DNA of 64,000 bases from Capsulimonadaceae bacterium (GTDB lineage Bacteria > Armatimonadota > Armatimonadia > Armatimonadales > Capsulimonadaceae). This document shows, piece by piece, positions 36,568-45,981 of the stretch. The first letter of the stretch is position 1. Each line of letters begins with the position of its first letter. The DNA is taken from assembly GCA_965215505.1 (NCBI GenBank), contig OZ244065.1, positions 448,001 through 512,000 of the forward strand, written 5' to 3'. Position numbers and translations under genes: made by a program. The notes beneath the pieces are model-generated. The model ran no database searches and had not been told where the DNA came from. It saw only the letters and a program-made list of their open reading frames with translations.

Positions 36568-37801
36568 CTGCGGCGTCCGAGCCGATCTGGACGCCGACGT
36601 AGTAGTGCTTCAGTATCTCCCGATATGTCTTCCGGTAGGGCGGCCCGGCCATCGCCACCGCGCCGTCCTGCGACATCCCCAGCCCATGCCCCCAGCCCTT
36701 GCCGTCGAACCGGTAGTCCCCTTCCGGGGTGCGCGTCAGCGCCACCCGCGTACTCCGCAGGCTGTCATACCCCAATATTTGCCTTAGCTGTGGGCCGGTC
36801 ACGGTCCGCAGGGTGCCGTCCGCCCCGGCGACGGTCGCCGTCGTGATGCGGCCCGAGGCGTCCAGGCCGTCCAGTGTCAGGGAGACGAACCGGCTGACCC
36901 GCGTGCGTGGGTCACGCGCCAATGCCTGCGCCAGTTGGGCCTGCGTCCAGGTCTGCGTCCAGGTGTGGTAGCGTCCGGTGGCCGAATAATCCAGCCCGTC
37001 TTTCTCGTCCGCGTCCCGCACCGCCTGGAGGTAAGGGCAGTCCCCGCCGTCGTCGCAGGCCGTCATGCCGCCGCTGTCGGTGGAGTAGGGGGCGTCGATC
37101 ATCCGGCCCTTATATGTCAGCACCTGCCCGCGCGTGTCGTCCACGGCGGCGTTGGAAGCGGCCGTTTCGCCGTCCAGGCCCTCATACCCCTCGCAACGCG
37201 TCGTGTCGTCCAGGTCGAAGCCGTCCTGGAGGCACTTGCCCCGGTTCTTCAGGGCATAAGTCCGGGCCGCGACCGCCTGCGCCTTCATGGCCTCCATGGG
37301 AACCTTCGTGCCGATCTCGGCGGGCAAGACCCCATACAGGTACGACTCCAGCGCGACCGTGTTGACGACCCGCAGCGTGCCGTTCGCCTCACGCCGCACC
37401 GTCAGGAAGCCCCGATAGCGGTGCCAGGGGGTGTCTCTCAGGCCGGGAGTGCAGTCGTCCATCCGCGCGACTCTGAGGAAGCCCCCCTGCCCCGGCATGA
37501 CATTGATAGCCGCACTGCCGTCGGCGACGGCAGTGTCGTTTGGACCTTCCACCCGTGCTAGGGCGACCCCCGTCGGAGACACCGTCATCTTGTAGATGCT
37601 TTTCCCCGCCCCGTGTGCCAGGGCGCGGCGTGTCAGGGCGTCGGTGAGGGAGAAGGGCCGGTCAGACGAGAGCAGTAGGATCGTGGAATGGCGGAAAGAG
37701 TGATCCAGCCCGACGCGGAGGGCACCCGGCGGCACGTCAGCGGCCAGAACGGGAACGATGGGGGCAAAGGCAAGCAGGGTGAGGGCGAGAAGGGGGCGCA
37801 T
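36533..37801 (-). CDS. SpoIID/LytB-domain protein
   Basis: YRG, LESYLYGVLPAE, AMKAQAVAARTYA, LRST, GWGHGLGMSQDGA, ILKHYY. Confidence 0.92.
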   Translation of the reverse strand: MRPLLALTLLAFAPIVPVLAADVPPGALRVGLDHSFRHSTILLLSSDRPFSLTDALTRRALAHGAGKSIYKMTVSPTGVALARVEGPNDTAVADGSAAINVMPGQGGFLRVARMDDCTPGLRDTPWHRYRGFLTVRREANGTLRVVNTVALESYLYGVLPAEIGTKVPMEAMKAQAVAARTYALKNRGKCLQDGFDLDDTTRCEGYEGLDGETAASNAAVDDTRGQVLTYKGRMIDAPYSTDSGGMTACDDGGDCPYLQAVRDADEKDGLDYSATGRYHTWTQTWTQAQLAQALARDPRTRVSRFVSLTLDGLDASGRITTATVAGADGTLRTVTGPQLRQILGYDSLRSTRVALTRTPEGDYRFDGKGWGHGLGMSQDGAVAMAGPPYRKTYREILKHYYVGVQIGSDAAVSPAKVARHAP

Positions 37802-37889
37802 TCTTCCTCCGAGGGGCGAGGCGGTCAGACACATACGACAACAGCCCAGGAGGAACCCTGAGCTGCGAAGTCAACTATGAATAGTTAGG

Positions 37890-37966
37890 TGGTCGGGGTG
37901 ACAGGACTTGAACCTGCGACCTCTCAGTCCCGAACCGAGCGCTCTACCAAACTGAGCTACACCCCG
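37890..37966 (-). tRNA. tRNA-Pro (anticodon CGG)
   Basis: CGGGGTGTAGCTCAGTTTGGTAGAGCG-CTCGG-TTCGGGA-CTGAG...GGTTCAAGTCC...CCCCGACCA. Upstream TTGACA-N18-TATCAT. Confidence 0.97.
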
Positions 37967-38112
37967 TTGTGCCGTCCGACGGATGACGTTTTTCTCATCG
38001 GGTGCGGGGATATGATAACCCATTTCTCCCCCATCTGTCAAGCCTTTGGGCGGGAGGATTCAAGATAAACCGCTGACACGCCGAAAATTGGGGCAGAAAG
38101 GGTCCTACCCCC

Positions 38113-38568
38113 ATGCGATGCTCCACGTTTTTCCTGCTCCCCGCAGCCTCCCTCGTCAGGCTGTACGCCGGCCAGACCCTCGCCCCGACGGCCCGCGCCC
38201 AGCCGGCCTCAGCCCCGCTGGCCTACCGGGTCAGGCTGGACTGGCAGAAGGCCGAGCCGGTCCCCGGCGGCCTGGTCATCCGGGGGCGCATCACCAACAC
38301 GGGCACGACGCCGCTGACCTACACGCAGGTCACGCCGACGTTTTTGAACCACGCGGGGACGGAAGTCTTCAGGGGCAGCGGCTATCTCACGGCCAGCCCA
38401 CTGCCGCCGGGCCGGTCCGCGGAGTTCCGCGCCTTCGAGACTTCAGCCCCTCGGTTCGCCGGGCTGCGGATGCTGTTCCGTGAGGCGGGGCACCCGGTAC
38501 TGGTGGACGGGCCGTACCCGTCGGCGGGACCAAAGGCGCTGCCCGCGAGGACGGCGCAGGCGTTATAG
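38113..38568 (+). CDS. FxLYD-like Ig-fold secreted protein
   Basis: GRITNTG..Y.QV..FLNHAG..LPPGRSAEF. Confidence 0.6.
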   Translation: MRCSTFFLLPAASLVRLYAGQTLAPTARAQPASAPLAYRVRLDWQKAEPVPGGLVIRGRITNTGTTPLTYTQVTPTFLNHAGTEVFRGSGYLTASPLPPGRSAEFRAFETSAPRFAGLRMLFREAGHPVLVDGPYPSAGPKALPARTAQAL

Positions 38569-38606
38569 GCGGGCAAGTACCGCCCGCTTTCGGCTATAAT
38601 GGGGAC

Positions 38607-38945
38607 ATGACTTACGCCCGGTTCCTGCTGGTCTTCCTCGCCGTCCCCATCCTCCTTCTCCTCCTGCTGGTGCGCGGGCGACTGCGCGGGCGGCATTACG
38701 TCTCCTGCGCCCTGGTCTGCGGCCTGGCGTTCGTCTACACCTCGCCGTGGGACAACCACGCCGCGAAGACGAGGCTGTGGACGTTTGAACCGGCCTTCGC
38801 CCCGCCCAGCCACTTCGTCTTCTACCTGCCCTGGGAGGAGTATGCGTTTTACTTCGCCCAGGGCATCCTGATGTGCCTGCTGCTGGTCGCCCTGGCGCGT
38901 CGCCTGCGCCCTCGCGCGGATGAGAACGTCGGCGTAGACCTATGA
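38607..38945 (+). CDS. Lycopene cyclase domain protein (CrtYc/CrtYd-type subunit)
   Basis: MTY..FL, YTSPWDN, W.F, LPWEEYAFY. Confidence 0.85.
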   Translation: MTYARFLLVFLAVPILLLLLLVRGRLRGRHYVSCALVCGLAFVYTSPWDNHAAKTRLWTFEPAFAPPSHFVFYLPWEEYAFYFAQGILMCLLLVALARRLRPRADENVGVDL

Positions 38946-39277
38946 TGCACTGGACATATCTCTTCTATGAGCTGGCCTGGGCGCTGCCCGTCATCGCCGT
39001 CCAGTGGGCGGCGGCCTGGCGGGAGCTTTGGCGGTGGCGGCGGTTGCTTGCGGCGGCAGTCATGATCGCGACGCTGTATTTGGGGGCGTGTGATGCGTTC
39101 GCGCTCGGGCACGGCATCTGGCGGGTAGACCCGGCGCGCGTCGTGGGCCTCTACGCCGGCTCACTGCCGCTGGAGGAGTTCGTCTTCTACTTCGTGACCA
39201 ACATCATGGCCGCGCAGGGGTTCGTGATGATCGCCGGATTCCTGCGGGAGCGGGGAAAGCGGGCGGGGGCAGGCTGA
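38942..39277 (+). CDS. Lycopene cyclase domain protein (second subunit)
   Basis: TLYL..D.FA..GIW, LPLEEFVFYFVTN. Confidence 0.85.
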   Translation: MMHWTYLFYELAWALPVIAVQWAAAWRELWRWRRLLAAAVMIATLYLGACDAFALGHGIWRVDPARVVGLYAGSLPLEEFVFYFVTNIMAAQGFVMIAGFLRERGKRAGAG

Positions 39278-39301
39278 ACGACCTGCCCCGCCCGATCTCG
39301 G

Positions 39302-40129
39302 TCAGGCCTCAGTCACAGGATACTGGACCTCGGTGACGTAGGCGCTCGGGTCGCCGTCGCGCTCGTATTGGAGGTAGACCTCGCGGCTCGGCCCGCAGAT
39401 GCGGCGGCCGTTGGCCTTGGTCCAGCGAACGATGGCCTCATGAGCCTGCCCGATTCCCCGGAACGGGCCGCGATGGATGGCCGAAGCCATCGTCTCGACT
39501 GCGGGCAGGTGAGAAACCTTGACGCGCTCACTGTCGGGGATCGGCGCGACGATGGGGAAGGCGGCCTCGACCGCCATGTCGGCGCCGCTCGGCGGCCCGT
39601 CCTCGTGCCATAGGTCGAAGCCGGGGCCGGCGATGACCGCCCCCTGGCTCGTGGCGTAGCCGTACACCTCATCGAAGAGGCGATTGAAGGTCGGCGTGAC
39701 CTGCTCCCAATCCGGGATGGTGTCGCGCACAGAGGCGACCAGCAGCGGCTCCACTTTCTTGAGCCGGATGTCGTAATCGGGCATGGTGTTCTCCTGTTCG
39801 AGTTGTCGAAGCCGCGTTTCCACCCGCGCCAGGCGCGCTTGTTCCTCCGCTATCCGTCGCTGCATCTCCGCCTGTTTGTCCCGGAGCAGGCGGGTCATTT
39901 CCGCCGGCGGCAGGTTCCGGCGCAGCAGGCCCGCGATCTCGTCCAGCGAGAACCCCAGGTCCCTCAAGGCGAGGATGCGGTACAGGCGGGGGAGCTGTTC
40001 CAGAGTGTAGTAGCGATACCCGCTCCAGTCGTCCACATAGGCCGGCGCGAGCAGGCCGATGTCGTCGTAGTGCCGGAGCGTCTTGACCGAAACTTCACTG
40101 AGGCGGGCAAAGACACCGATGCGGACCAT
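39302..40129 (-). CDS. MerR-family regulator with GyrI-like effector domain (BmrR-like)
   Basis: IGVFARLSEVSVKTLRHYD..SGYRYY. C-terminal HRGPF..REVY..VTEVQYPV. Confidence 0.92.
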   Translation of the reverse strand: MVRIGVFARLSEVSVKTLRHYDDIGLLAPAYVDDWSGYRYYTLEQLPRLYRILALRDLGFSLDEIAGLLRRNLPPAEMTRLLRDKQAEMQRRIAEEQARLARVETRLRQLEQENTMPDYDIRLKKVEPLLVASVRDTIPDWEQVTPTFNRLFDEVYGYATSQGAVIAGPGFDLWHEDGPPSGADMAVEAAFPIVAPIPDSERVKVSHLPAVETMASAIHRGPFRGIGQAHEAIVRWTKANGRRICGPSREVYLQYERDGDPSAYVTEVQYPVTEA

Positions 40130-40168
40130 AAGTGGCTCCTGTTTTGGGTGGTACACGGCTTCAGATAC

Positions 40169-40199
40169 AGGATACACCCTCCGGTAACGGGAGAGTCAG
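40169..40199 (-). promoter_or_regulatory. MerR-type promoter with 19-bp spacer and dyad
   Basis: CTGACT-N19-TATCCT, containing ACTCTCC..GGAGGGT. Confidence 0.75.
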
Positions 40200-40915
40200 T
40201 CGGTCAGGAGAAAAGAATGTAATTCGGAAAGCGCGCGCACTTCGCCGCCGGTCGGGGCGGGCGCGTGCATGGGTAGGGGGTGGCCGTGGGGGTTGAACCA
40301 AAAGGCGGTGATGCCGACGGCCAGAGCGCCCGCGATGTCGTTGACGGGGTTGTCGCCGACCATGGCGGCCTCGTCGGCGGTGCAGCCGGCCAACGCCAAG
40401 GCATGATGGAATATGGCCGGGTCCGGTTTCGCCATTCCCACGGCGTCCGAGATGAGGGTGTGATCGAAGTGTTCTTCCAGCCCGAGCAGGGCGATCCGCT
40501 CGATATGTGTGGACTGGAGGCCGTTCGTGATGAGCGTCAGCGTCACACCCGCCGCGCGTAGGGCGGCCAGCAGTGGGAGTGCATCCGGGAAGAGGGCGAT
40601 GCCGGTGGCGCGGCGGCGACCATAGTCGCGGGCCAGTTCTTCGGCAAGGGCGGCGTCGGCATGACCGAAGGCGTCCAGTGTGGCGAGCCAGTGGGCGGCG
40701 CGGATGGCGAGGATCGGGCGGGTTTCGCGGGTCGGGTCCATCGCGCGCCAGTAAACGTCGGAGTGGTCGAGGAAATAGTCGGTGACAGCGTCCGGGTCCA
40801 AGTCAGGCCGCTCCTGTGAGGCGAGAGCGGCGGTCGCCGCCGCCGAGACGCGCCAGGAACCGGAGTCGTCATAGAGGGTGTCGTCGAGGTCGAAAAAGAC
40901 GGCGCGGTAAGGCAT
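40196..40915 (-). CDS. HAD-superfamily hydrolase
   Basis: FFDLDDTL, ITNG, KPDPAIF, VGDNPVNDI. Confidence 0.92.
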   Translation of the reverse strand: MPYRAVFFDLDDTLYDDSGSWRVSAAATAALASQERPDLDPDAVTDYFLDHSDVYWRAMDPTRETRPILAIRAAHWLATLDAFGHADAALAEELARDYGRRRATGIALFPDALPLLAALRAAGVTLTLITNGLQSTHIERIALLGLEEHFDHTLISDAVGMAKPDPAIFHHALALAGCTADEAAMVGDNPVNDIAGALAVGITAFWFNPHGHPLPMHAPAPTGGEVRALSELHSFLLTD

Positions 40916-40953
40916 GAAGAGATTGTACCCGTTCGCTGGGGTACACTGACATT

Positions 40954-41916
40954 ATGAGTAACAGCCAGGCGGCAATCGAGACATCGCATCTGCGGAAAGA
41001 ATACGGCGGCAGGGCGGGGGGCGGGTTTGTGGCGGTGCAGGACCTCTCGTTCTCGGTCCCGCGCGGCCAGGTCTTCGGGTTCCTCGGGCCGAACGGGGCG
41101 GGGAAGACGACGACGATCAATATGCTGCTGGGCAACATCAAGCCGACGGCGGGGGAGGCCAGCCTGCTGGGGTGCCCCATCGGCGACCGAGACGCGCGGG
41201 CGAAGATGGGGTTCCTGCCGGAGAAGTTCCAGTTCCACGACTTCCTGACGGCGGAGGAATTCTTAGACCTGCACGGGCGGCTATACGGCATGGGGCGGGC
41301 GGCGCGGCGGGCGCGAATCCCAGAGGTCCTGGAGCAGGTCGGCCTGATCGCGCGGCGCAAGGACAAAATCGGCGAGTTCTCCAAAGGGATGCAGCAGCGG
41401 GCGGGGCTGGCGCAGGCTATCTTGAATGACCCCGACCTGGTGATCCTGGACGAGCCGACGAGCGCCCTGGACCCGCTGGGTCGGCGCGAGGTGCGCGAGA
41501 TCGTGGCCGCGCTGAAGGCGGCGGGGAAGACGGTGCTGCTGAATTCGCACCTGCTGGGGGAGATCGAGATGACGTGCGACCAGGTGGCGATCCTGAAGGC
41601 GGGGCAGGTGGTCCGGCTGGGCCGGATTGACGATCTGCTGGCCGCGCCCTCCACGGTGGAGATGCGTGTGGGGAACCAATCGCCGGGTCTAATCCGGGCC
41701 TTAGAGGCGCTGGCGCGGACGGTGACGGCGGACGGGGAGACGGTGACGGCGACGATCGGCGACGAGGGGGTCATCCCGGAGATCGCCGCCGCCGTTGTCG
41801 GCCACGGCGGGCGGCTGATGTCGCTTGTACCCCGGCGCGAATCGCTGGAGGACCTGTTCATCCGGGTCGTGGAGACTGACGAGACGGTCCCCCGGACGCA
41901 GGGAGGCCGCGCATGA
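40954..41916 (+). CDS. ABC transporter ATP-binding protein
   Basis: GPNGAGKTT, FSKGMQQR, ILDEPT, NSH. Confidence 0.95.
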   Translation: MSNSQAAIETSHLRKEYGGRAGGGFVAVQDLSFSVPRGQVFGFLGPNGAGKTTTINMLLGNIKPTAGEASLLGCPIGDRDARAKMGFLPEKFQFHDFLTAEEFLDLHGRLYGMGRAARRARIPEVLEQVGLIARRKDKIGEFSKGMQQRAGLAQAILNDPDLVILDEPTSALDPLGRREVREIVAALKAAGKTVLLNSHLLGEIEMTCDQVAILKAGQVVRLGRIDDLLAAPSTVEMRVGNQSPGLIRALEALARTVTADGETVTATIGDEGVIPEIAAAVVGHGGRLMSLVPRRESLEDLFIRVVETDETVPRTQGGRA

Positions 41917-42794
41917 TTCCGGGAGTCTTCACGCTGGCGGGGCTGACGATCCGGGAGGCGATCCGGCGGCGGGTATTCCTGGCCGCCCTGGTGATCGCTT
42001 GCCTCTACGTCGCTTTCGCCTTCCTGCCGCTGCACATCCGCCTCAGCCCGCTGATGGGGTTTGACATGCCGACCGCCAAGAACAACACCGGGCGCGTCTT
42101 CGCCTGGCTGGGCTGCGGGACGATCAAGTTCTTCGGCTCCATCCTCGCCGTCGCGCTCTCGGCGGGGGCGATCACGGCGGAGGTCGAGCGGGGCGTGCTT
42201 TCGATCATCGTCCCCAAGCCGATCCCGCGGGCGGCCGTGTACCTGGGGAAGTGGCTGGGGATCGTCACGCTGCTGGCGACCTGCGTGGCCGGGTGGGGTG
42301 CCCTGCTGGCCGTGTCCATCTGGCACCAGACGGGGACCTACCACCCGCAGATCTGGGGCGGCATCGCGGCGGCGGGCCTGTTCCCGCTGCTCTTCACGAC
42401 GCTGACGCTGTGCTTCTCGACCTTCGCCACTTATGCCCTCTCGTCGTCGCTGTCGCTGATCGCGGCGGGCGTCGCCCTGGCGGAAGACCTGCTGCACACC
42501 CTCTCGCGCGTCCTGGACATCCCCCTTCTGGACACCCTCAGCCGCGTCGCCGGGTACGTCGTGCCGATCTCGCGGATGAACCACTGGATCACGAAGGGGC
42601 TGGCCGCGACCGGCGCGGGGCCGCACCCGCCGGGGAGCGCGGGGCTGGATTTCAGCCTATTCATCGCGCGGCTGGACCCGACGCAGGTGGCCGCCGTGCG
42701 AGAGACGTCCGGCCTGGACATGGCCTACATCCTGGCCTACATGGCCGGGTTCTTCGCCCTCGGCCTGGTGCTGTTCCAGCGTCGGGACCTGTGA
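41913..42794 (+). CDS. ABC-2-type permease
   Basis: TIREAIRRR, EVERG..KPIPR..YLGKWLG, FQRRDL ending. Confidence 0.9.
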   Translation: MIPGVFTLAGLTIREAIRRRVFLAALVIACLYVAFAFLPLHIRLSPLMGFDMPTAKNNTGRVFAWLGCGTIKFFGSILAVALSAGAITAEVERGVLSIIVPKPIPRAAVYLGKWLGIVTLLATCVAGWGALLAVSIWHQTGTYHPQIWGGIAAAGLFPLLFTTLTLCFSTFATYALSSSLSLIAAGVALAEDLLHTLSRVLDIPLLDTLSRVAGYVVPISRMNHWITKGLAATGAGPHPPGSAGLDFSLFIARLDPTQVAAVRETSGLDMAYILAYMAGFFALGLVLFQRRDL

Positions 42795-42913
42795 GTCCTG
42801 GCCGGGGTGTGCCGCCCCTGGTAAAGTTACAATGACGGGCCTGCCCGGACTGGCCGAAAATAGACCATGGACTCCTCACGGTCCGCAATGAGGGAGCTAG
42901 AAAGACAGGCCTG

Positions 42914-44146
42914 GTGCGTTTCGGGAAGAAGACACTTTATCCGCTCCTGCGGTGGGCAGCCCTGCTGTTGTCGGCGCCCGTCTGCCTGCTCGCGCTGGCC
43001 CATGCGGGTCCGGGTTTCCCATGGGCGGAGACGCTGCTGCTGGCCGGGCTGCGCCTGGGCCTCCTCTACCGGACCGTCACCCTGCAACGCGACGATGCCG
43101 GGCGGCCCATCCTGAACCACCGTCAGGGCGAGGCGCTTGTAGTGATCGCGCTGCTGCGGCACGGACCCGCCGAGGCGCTGGCGGTCAGCCTCCTCAGCAG
43201 CGCGGTCTACTACGTCTTTTACCGCTCGCCGGGGCGGAGGCATTTGCTGCGCCGCTTCAGCGATGCGTTCTGGACGGCGGGCGTGAGCTGGGCCGGCGGC
43301 TCCCTTTACTACCTGCTGGGCGGACATCCGGTGCGGACGGCGGCGGACTGCGCCCTGTTCTATCAGTACCCGGCGGCGGTTCTGCTGCCGCTCCTGGGGA
43401 TGCTGGTTTTCGTCCATGACATCGCGCACCGGGGCTACCTCTCGCTCCTGCTGTATGTCCACAGCGGGACCCCCCTCCGGCAGACCTGGCGTGACCCCTT
43501 CTTCGCGGCCTTCGACCATGTGGAGGGCATCTGCGCGGCCCTGCTCCTGGTGCAGTGGACCGCCTGGGGGTGGGGTGCGGTCCCGTTCGCCTTGCTGCTG
43601 AACGAGAGCCTGCTGCTGGCGACCCGCTCGCACTTCGACCGCCTGGCCGCGCGCCGGGACGCCGATTACGACCCGATGACGGGGCTTGCCTCCTGGCGCG
43701 GCATCGAGAACCACCTGCGGGACCGGATCGAGGAGGCGCGCAAGACAGGCACCCCCTTCGCCCTGCTGTTCCTGGACTCGGACGGCCTGAAGCGGGTCAA
43801 CGACCAGTATGGCCACCGGGCCGGCGACACACTGCTGACGCTGACGGCCGAGTGCTGCCGCCTGCACGCGCGCAAGTCGGACCTGGTGGGGCGGCGCGGG
43901 GGCGACGAGTTCCTGCTCGTCCTGGACGGCATGGACCGGGCGGGCGCGGAGCGGGTCAAGGAGCGGTTGCAGCAGGCGATCGCGGACACCTTGGCCGTCC
44001 ACCCGCAGTTCGCCGGGATGGCCGGCGCGAGCATCGGCCTGGCGATGTTCCCGCAGGACGCCGACGACAAAGACGCCTTGATCGCCCGCGCGGACCAGGA
44101 GATGTACCGCGACAAGCAGGCGCGGCGGTCGGCCCCGGCGACCTGA
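42914..44146 (+). CDS. Membrane-anchored diguanylate cyclase
   Basis: N-terminal TMs, DPMTGLA, D.DGLKRVND.YGH..GD, RRGGDEF. Confidence 0.9.
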   Translation: MRFGKKTLYPLLRWAALLLSAPVCLLALAHAGPGFPWAETLLLAGLRLGLLYRTVTLQRDDAGRPILNHRQGEALVVIALLRHGPAEALAVSLLSSAVYYVFYRSPGRRHLLRRFSDAFWTAGVSWAGGSLYYLLGGHPVRTAADCALFYQYPAAVLLPLLGMLVFVHDIAHRGYLSLLLYVHSGTPLRQTWRDPFFAAFDHVEGICAALLLVQWTAWGWGAVPFALLLNESLLLATRSHFDRLAARRDADYDPMTGLASWRGIENHLRDRIEEARKTGTPFALLFLDSDGLKRVNDQYGHRAGDTLLTLTAECCRLHARKSDLVGRRGGDEFLLVLDGMDRAGAERVKERLQQAIADTLAVHPQFAGMAGASIGLAMFPQDADDKDALIARADQEMYRDKQARRSAPAT

Positions 44147-44149
44147 CCC

Positions 44150-44275
44150 GTGGCCTGAACCGCCCCACCTGCGCGTCGTAGTACCGGCACCCCACCAGTA
44201 TCAGCCCCGCGTCCCCTCGGAATCCAGCCCATCGAACAGCGGCCTCTCCCCGTCCTTCCTGAGCAGGCCGTAGGT
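44150..44275 (-). pseudogene. Collapsed Rhs core remnant
   Basis: Fragments RKDGERPLFDGL and GDAGLILVGCRYYDAQVGRF, near-identical to 45127-45190 and 45326-45368. Confidence 0.8.
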
Positions 44276-44334
44276 GAATGAGGAAGGATTAGATGCTGGC
44301 CTGAGACAGAGAACCCACTAGAGTGTCGTACCTC

Positions 44335-44757
44335 TCAACGTCTAGGATCAAGTTCTCTTGAAACGAGCCGGATTGTCGCGAATAGGGTCAGCAAAAATGA
44401 TATGGCTGCCGCTAATTCGCCGACCTTCCATCCCACGTTCAAAAGCTCTTTATGGGCATGAACAATCGCGAGGGCTGAGGCAAAGTTAAATTGCATCCAG
44501 ATGTAGAACAGAAGACGCCTCGCCTGCAACTGTGTGATCTCAACCAGTCTTAGCGGACTAATACGACTGAGGTGGGGGATTAAGAAGAAAGTAGTGACAC
44601 CGGCACCCACAGATACAAGAAATGTGAAAGTGAATTCAGAACCCACTGTTGAGGCTGTGCCAATCGCTCCGGCGGGTGTCGAGTGGATTATGAGGTAGAC
44701 GAGCGTCGCCAAAAGGCAGATGGGGACGGATATACGCATGACTATGTTCGTTTTCAT
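44335..44757 (-). CDS. Four-TM AT-rich protein, candidate Rhs immunity protein
   Basis: Directly downstream of the Rhs tip, hydrophobic, low GC. Confidence 0.6.
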   Translation of the reverse strand: MKTNIVMRISVPICLLATLVYLIIHSTPAGAIGTASTVGSEFTFTFLVSVGAGVTTFFLIPHLSRISPLRLVEITQLQARRLLFYIWMQFNFASALAIVHAHKELLNVGWKVGELAAAISFLLTLFATIRLVSRELDPRR

Positions 44758-44858
44758 AGAGTTGTTCTCAAAGATGGCGAAGAACCGCGTCTTTCTAGTG
44801 GGGCATACCTTCAATATACCCCACTAAAAATGAGCCTTTTGTGGATGTCACCTGGGTG

Positions 44859-45871
44859 TCACCAGGTTTTCCACCCCTTCATAGCTACGTTGAACAAGAG
44901 TAGTCCTGCCACGCCTACAATGCCACCCACGATTATGTTGAGCGGAAAGTCTGCAACCATGAGGCATATTAGTATTCCGTAGACGACAAGGCAGACGCCG
45001 ATGTAGCCGAGGAAGCCCGCTCCGATCTTTCCCCATACGCTATGCCCTGTGGGATCGGTGGCATTGACGGGATCGCCGTCGCAGTAGGCGTAGGGCGCTT
45101 GGTCCAGGTAGGTGTCGCGCGTGATGAACCGCCCCACCTGCGCGTCGTAGAACCGGCACCCCACCAGCGTCAGGCCCGCGTCGCCCTCCGTCCGGTAGCC
45201 GCTCGACGCCCCGAACTGGTAGGCGCTCGTGCTACTCCCGCTGCTCGCCACCGTCTGCCCGAAGGCCGAGAGCGTCAGGCTGCCGTCACTGCCTGACTGC
45301 TGTTCGTCACCGTCCGTTCCGACCCCAGCCCGTCGAACAGCGGCGTCTCCCCGTCCTTGCGGATGAGCGCGTTGCCGTAGGTGTAGGTCGCCGAAGTCGC
45401 GCCGCCCTGCTTCTCCAGCAGCACCGAGCCGCCATCGTAGAGGAACGAGGTCGTGACGCCGCCCGCCGTGCGGGAGGCCCGCCGCCCCGCCGCATCATAG
45501 GCGAAGCCAGACCCGCCCGTGGAGGTGAGCTGGTCGTCGGAGTCGTAGGTCAGCGTGTACGACGTGCCCGAAAGCGTCCGCGTGGTTTGGTCCCCGTTGG
45601 CGTTATAGCCGTAGGAGTTGGTGAAACCCCCGGTCGTGCCGGTCAGCTCATCGTCGTTGTCGTAGGCGTGGGTCGTCGTCACTCCGCCCACAGTTGAGGA
45701 TGTCCGGTTGCCCGCCCCGTCCACGATGTAGACCGCCGTGTAGCCGCTGGCTCCCGTTCGACTCTCGCTGCACAGGTGCAGCAGGCCGTCATAGCCGTAG
45801 CTCACCACGTCCCCGTTGGCTTCGGTGGCGCTGGTGCGCTTGTTGTCGGTGTTGTTGGTGACACTCATCAT
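44859..45871 (-). pseudogene. Truncated, frameshifted Rhs-repeat toxin gene with hydrophobic C-terminal tip
   Basis: YD repeats, RFYDAQVGRFITRD, YAYCDGDPVNATDPTG cleavage motif. A 1-nt frameshift near 45283 separates the two ORFs. Confidence 0.85.
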
Positions 45872-45883
45872 GGCAACAGACAT

Positions 45884-45912
45884 ATTATACGGCGGGAATT
45901 CCTCCTTGTCAA
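45884..45912 (-). promoter_or_regulatory. Consensus sigma70 promoter upstream of the Rhs fragment
   Basis: TTGACA-N17-TATAAT. Confidence 0.8.
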
Positions 45913-45981
45913 AATCCCCCTCGAAAATGATTCTGTGGAAATTACGCCGTCCTGCTTGACTGGTATTCTCCTGCGGTGAAC

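Noticed and set aside
37840-38100. tRNA-Pro as an island or prophage attachment site
   Set aside because: No integrase and no duplicated tRNA 3' end seen in the window.
38607-39277. Carotenoid biosynthetic cluster
   Set aside because: Only the two cyclase subunits are present, with no adjacent crtB/crtI.
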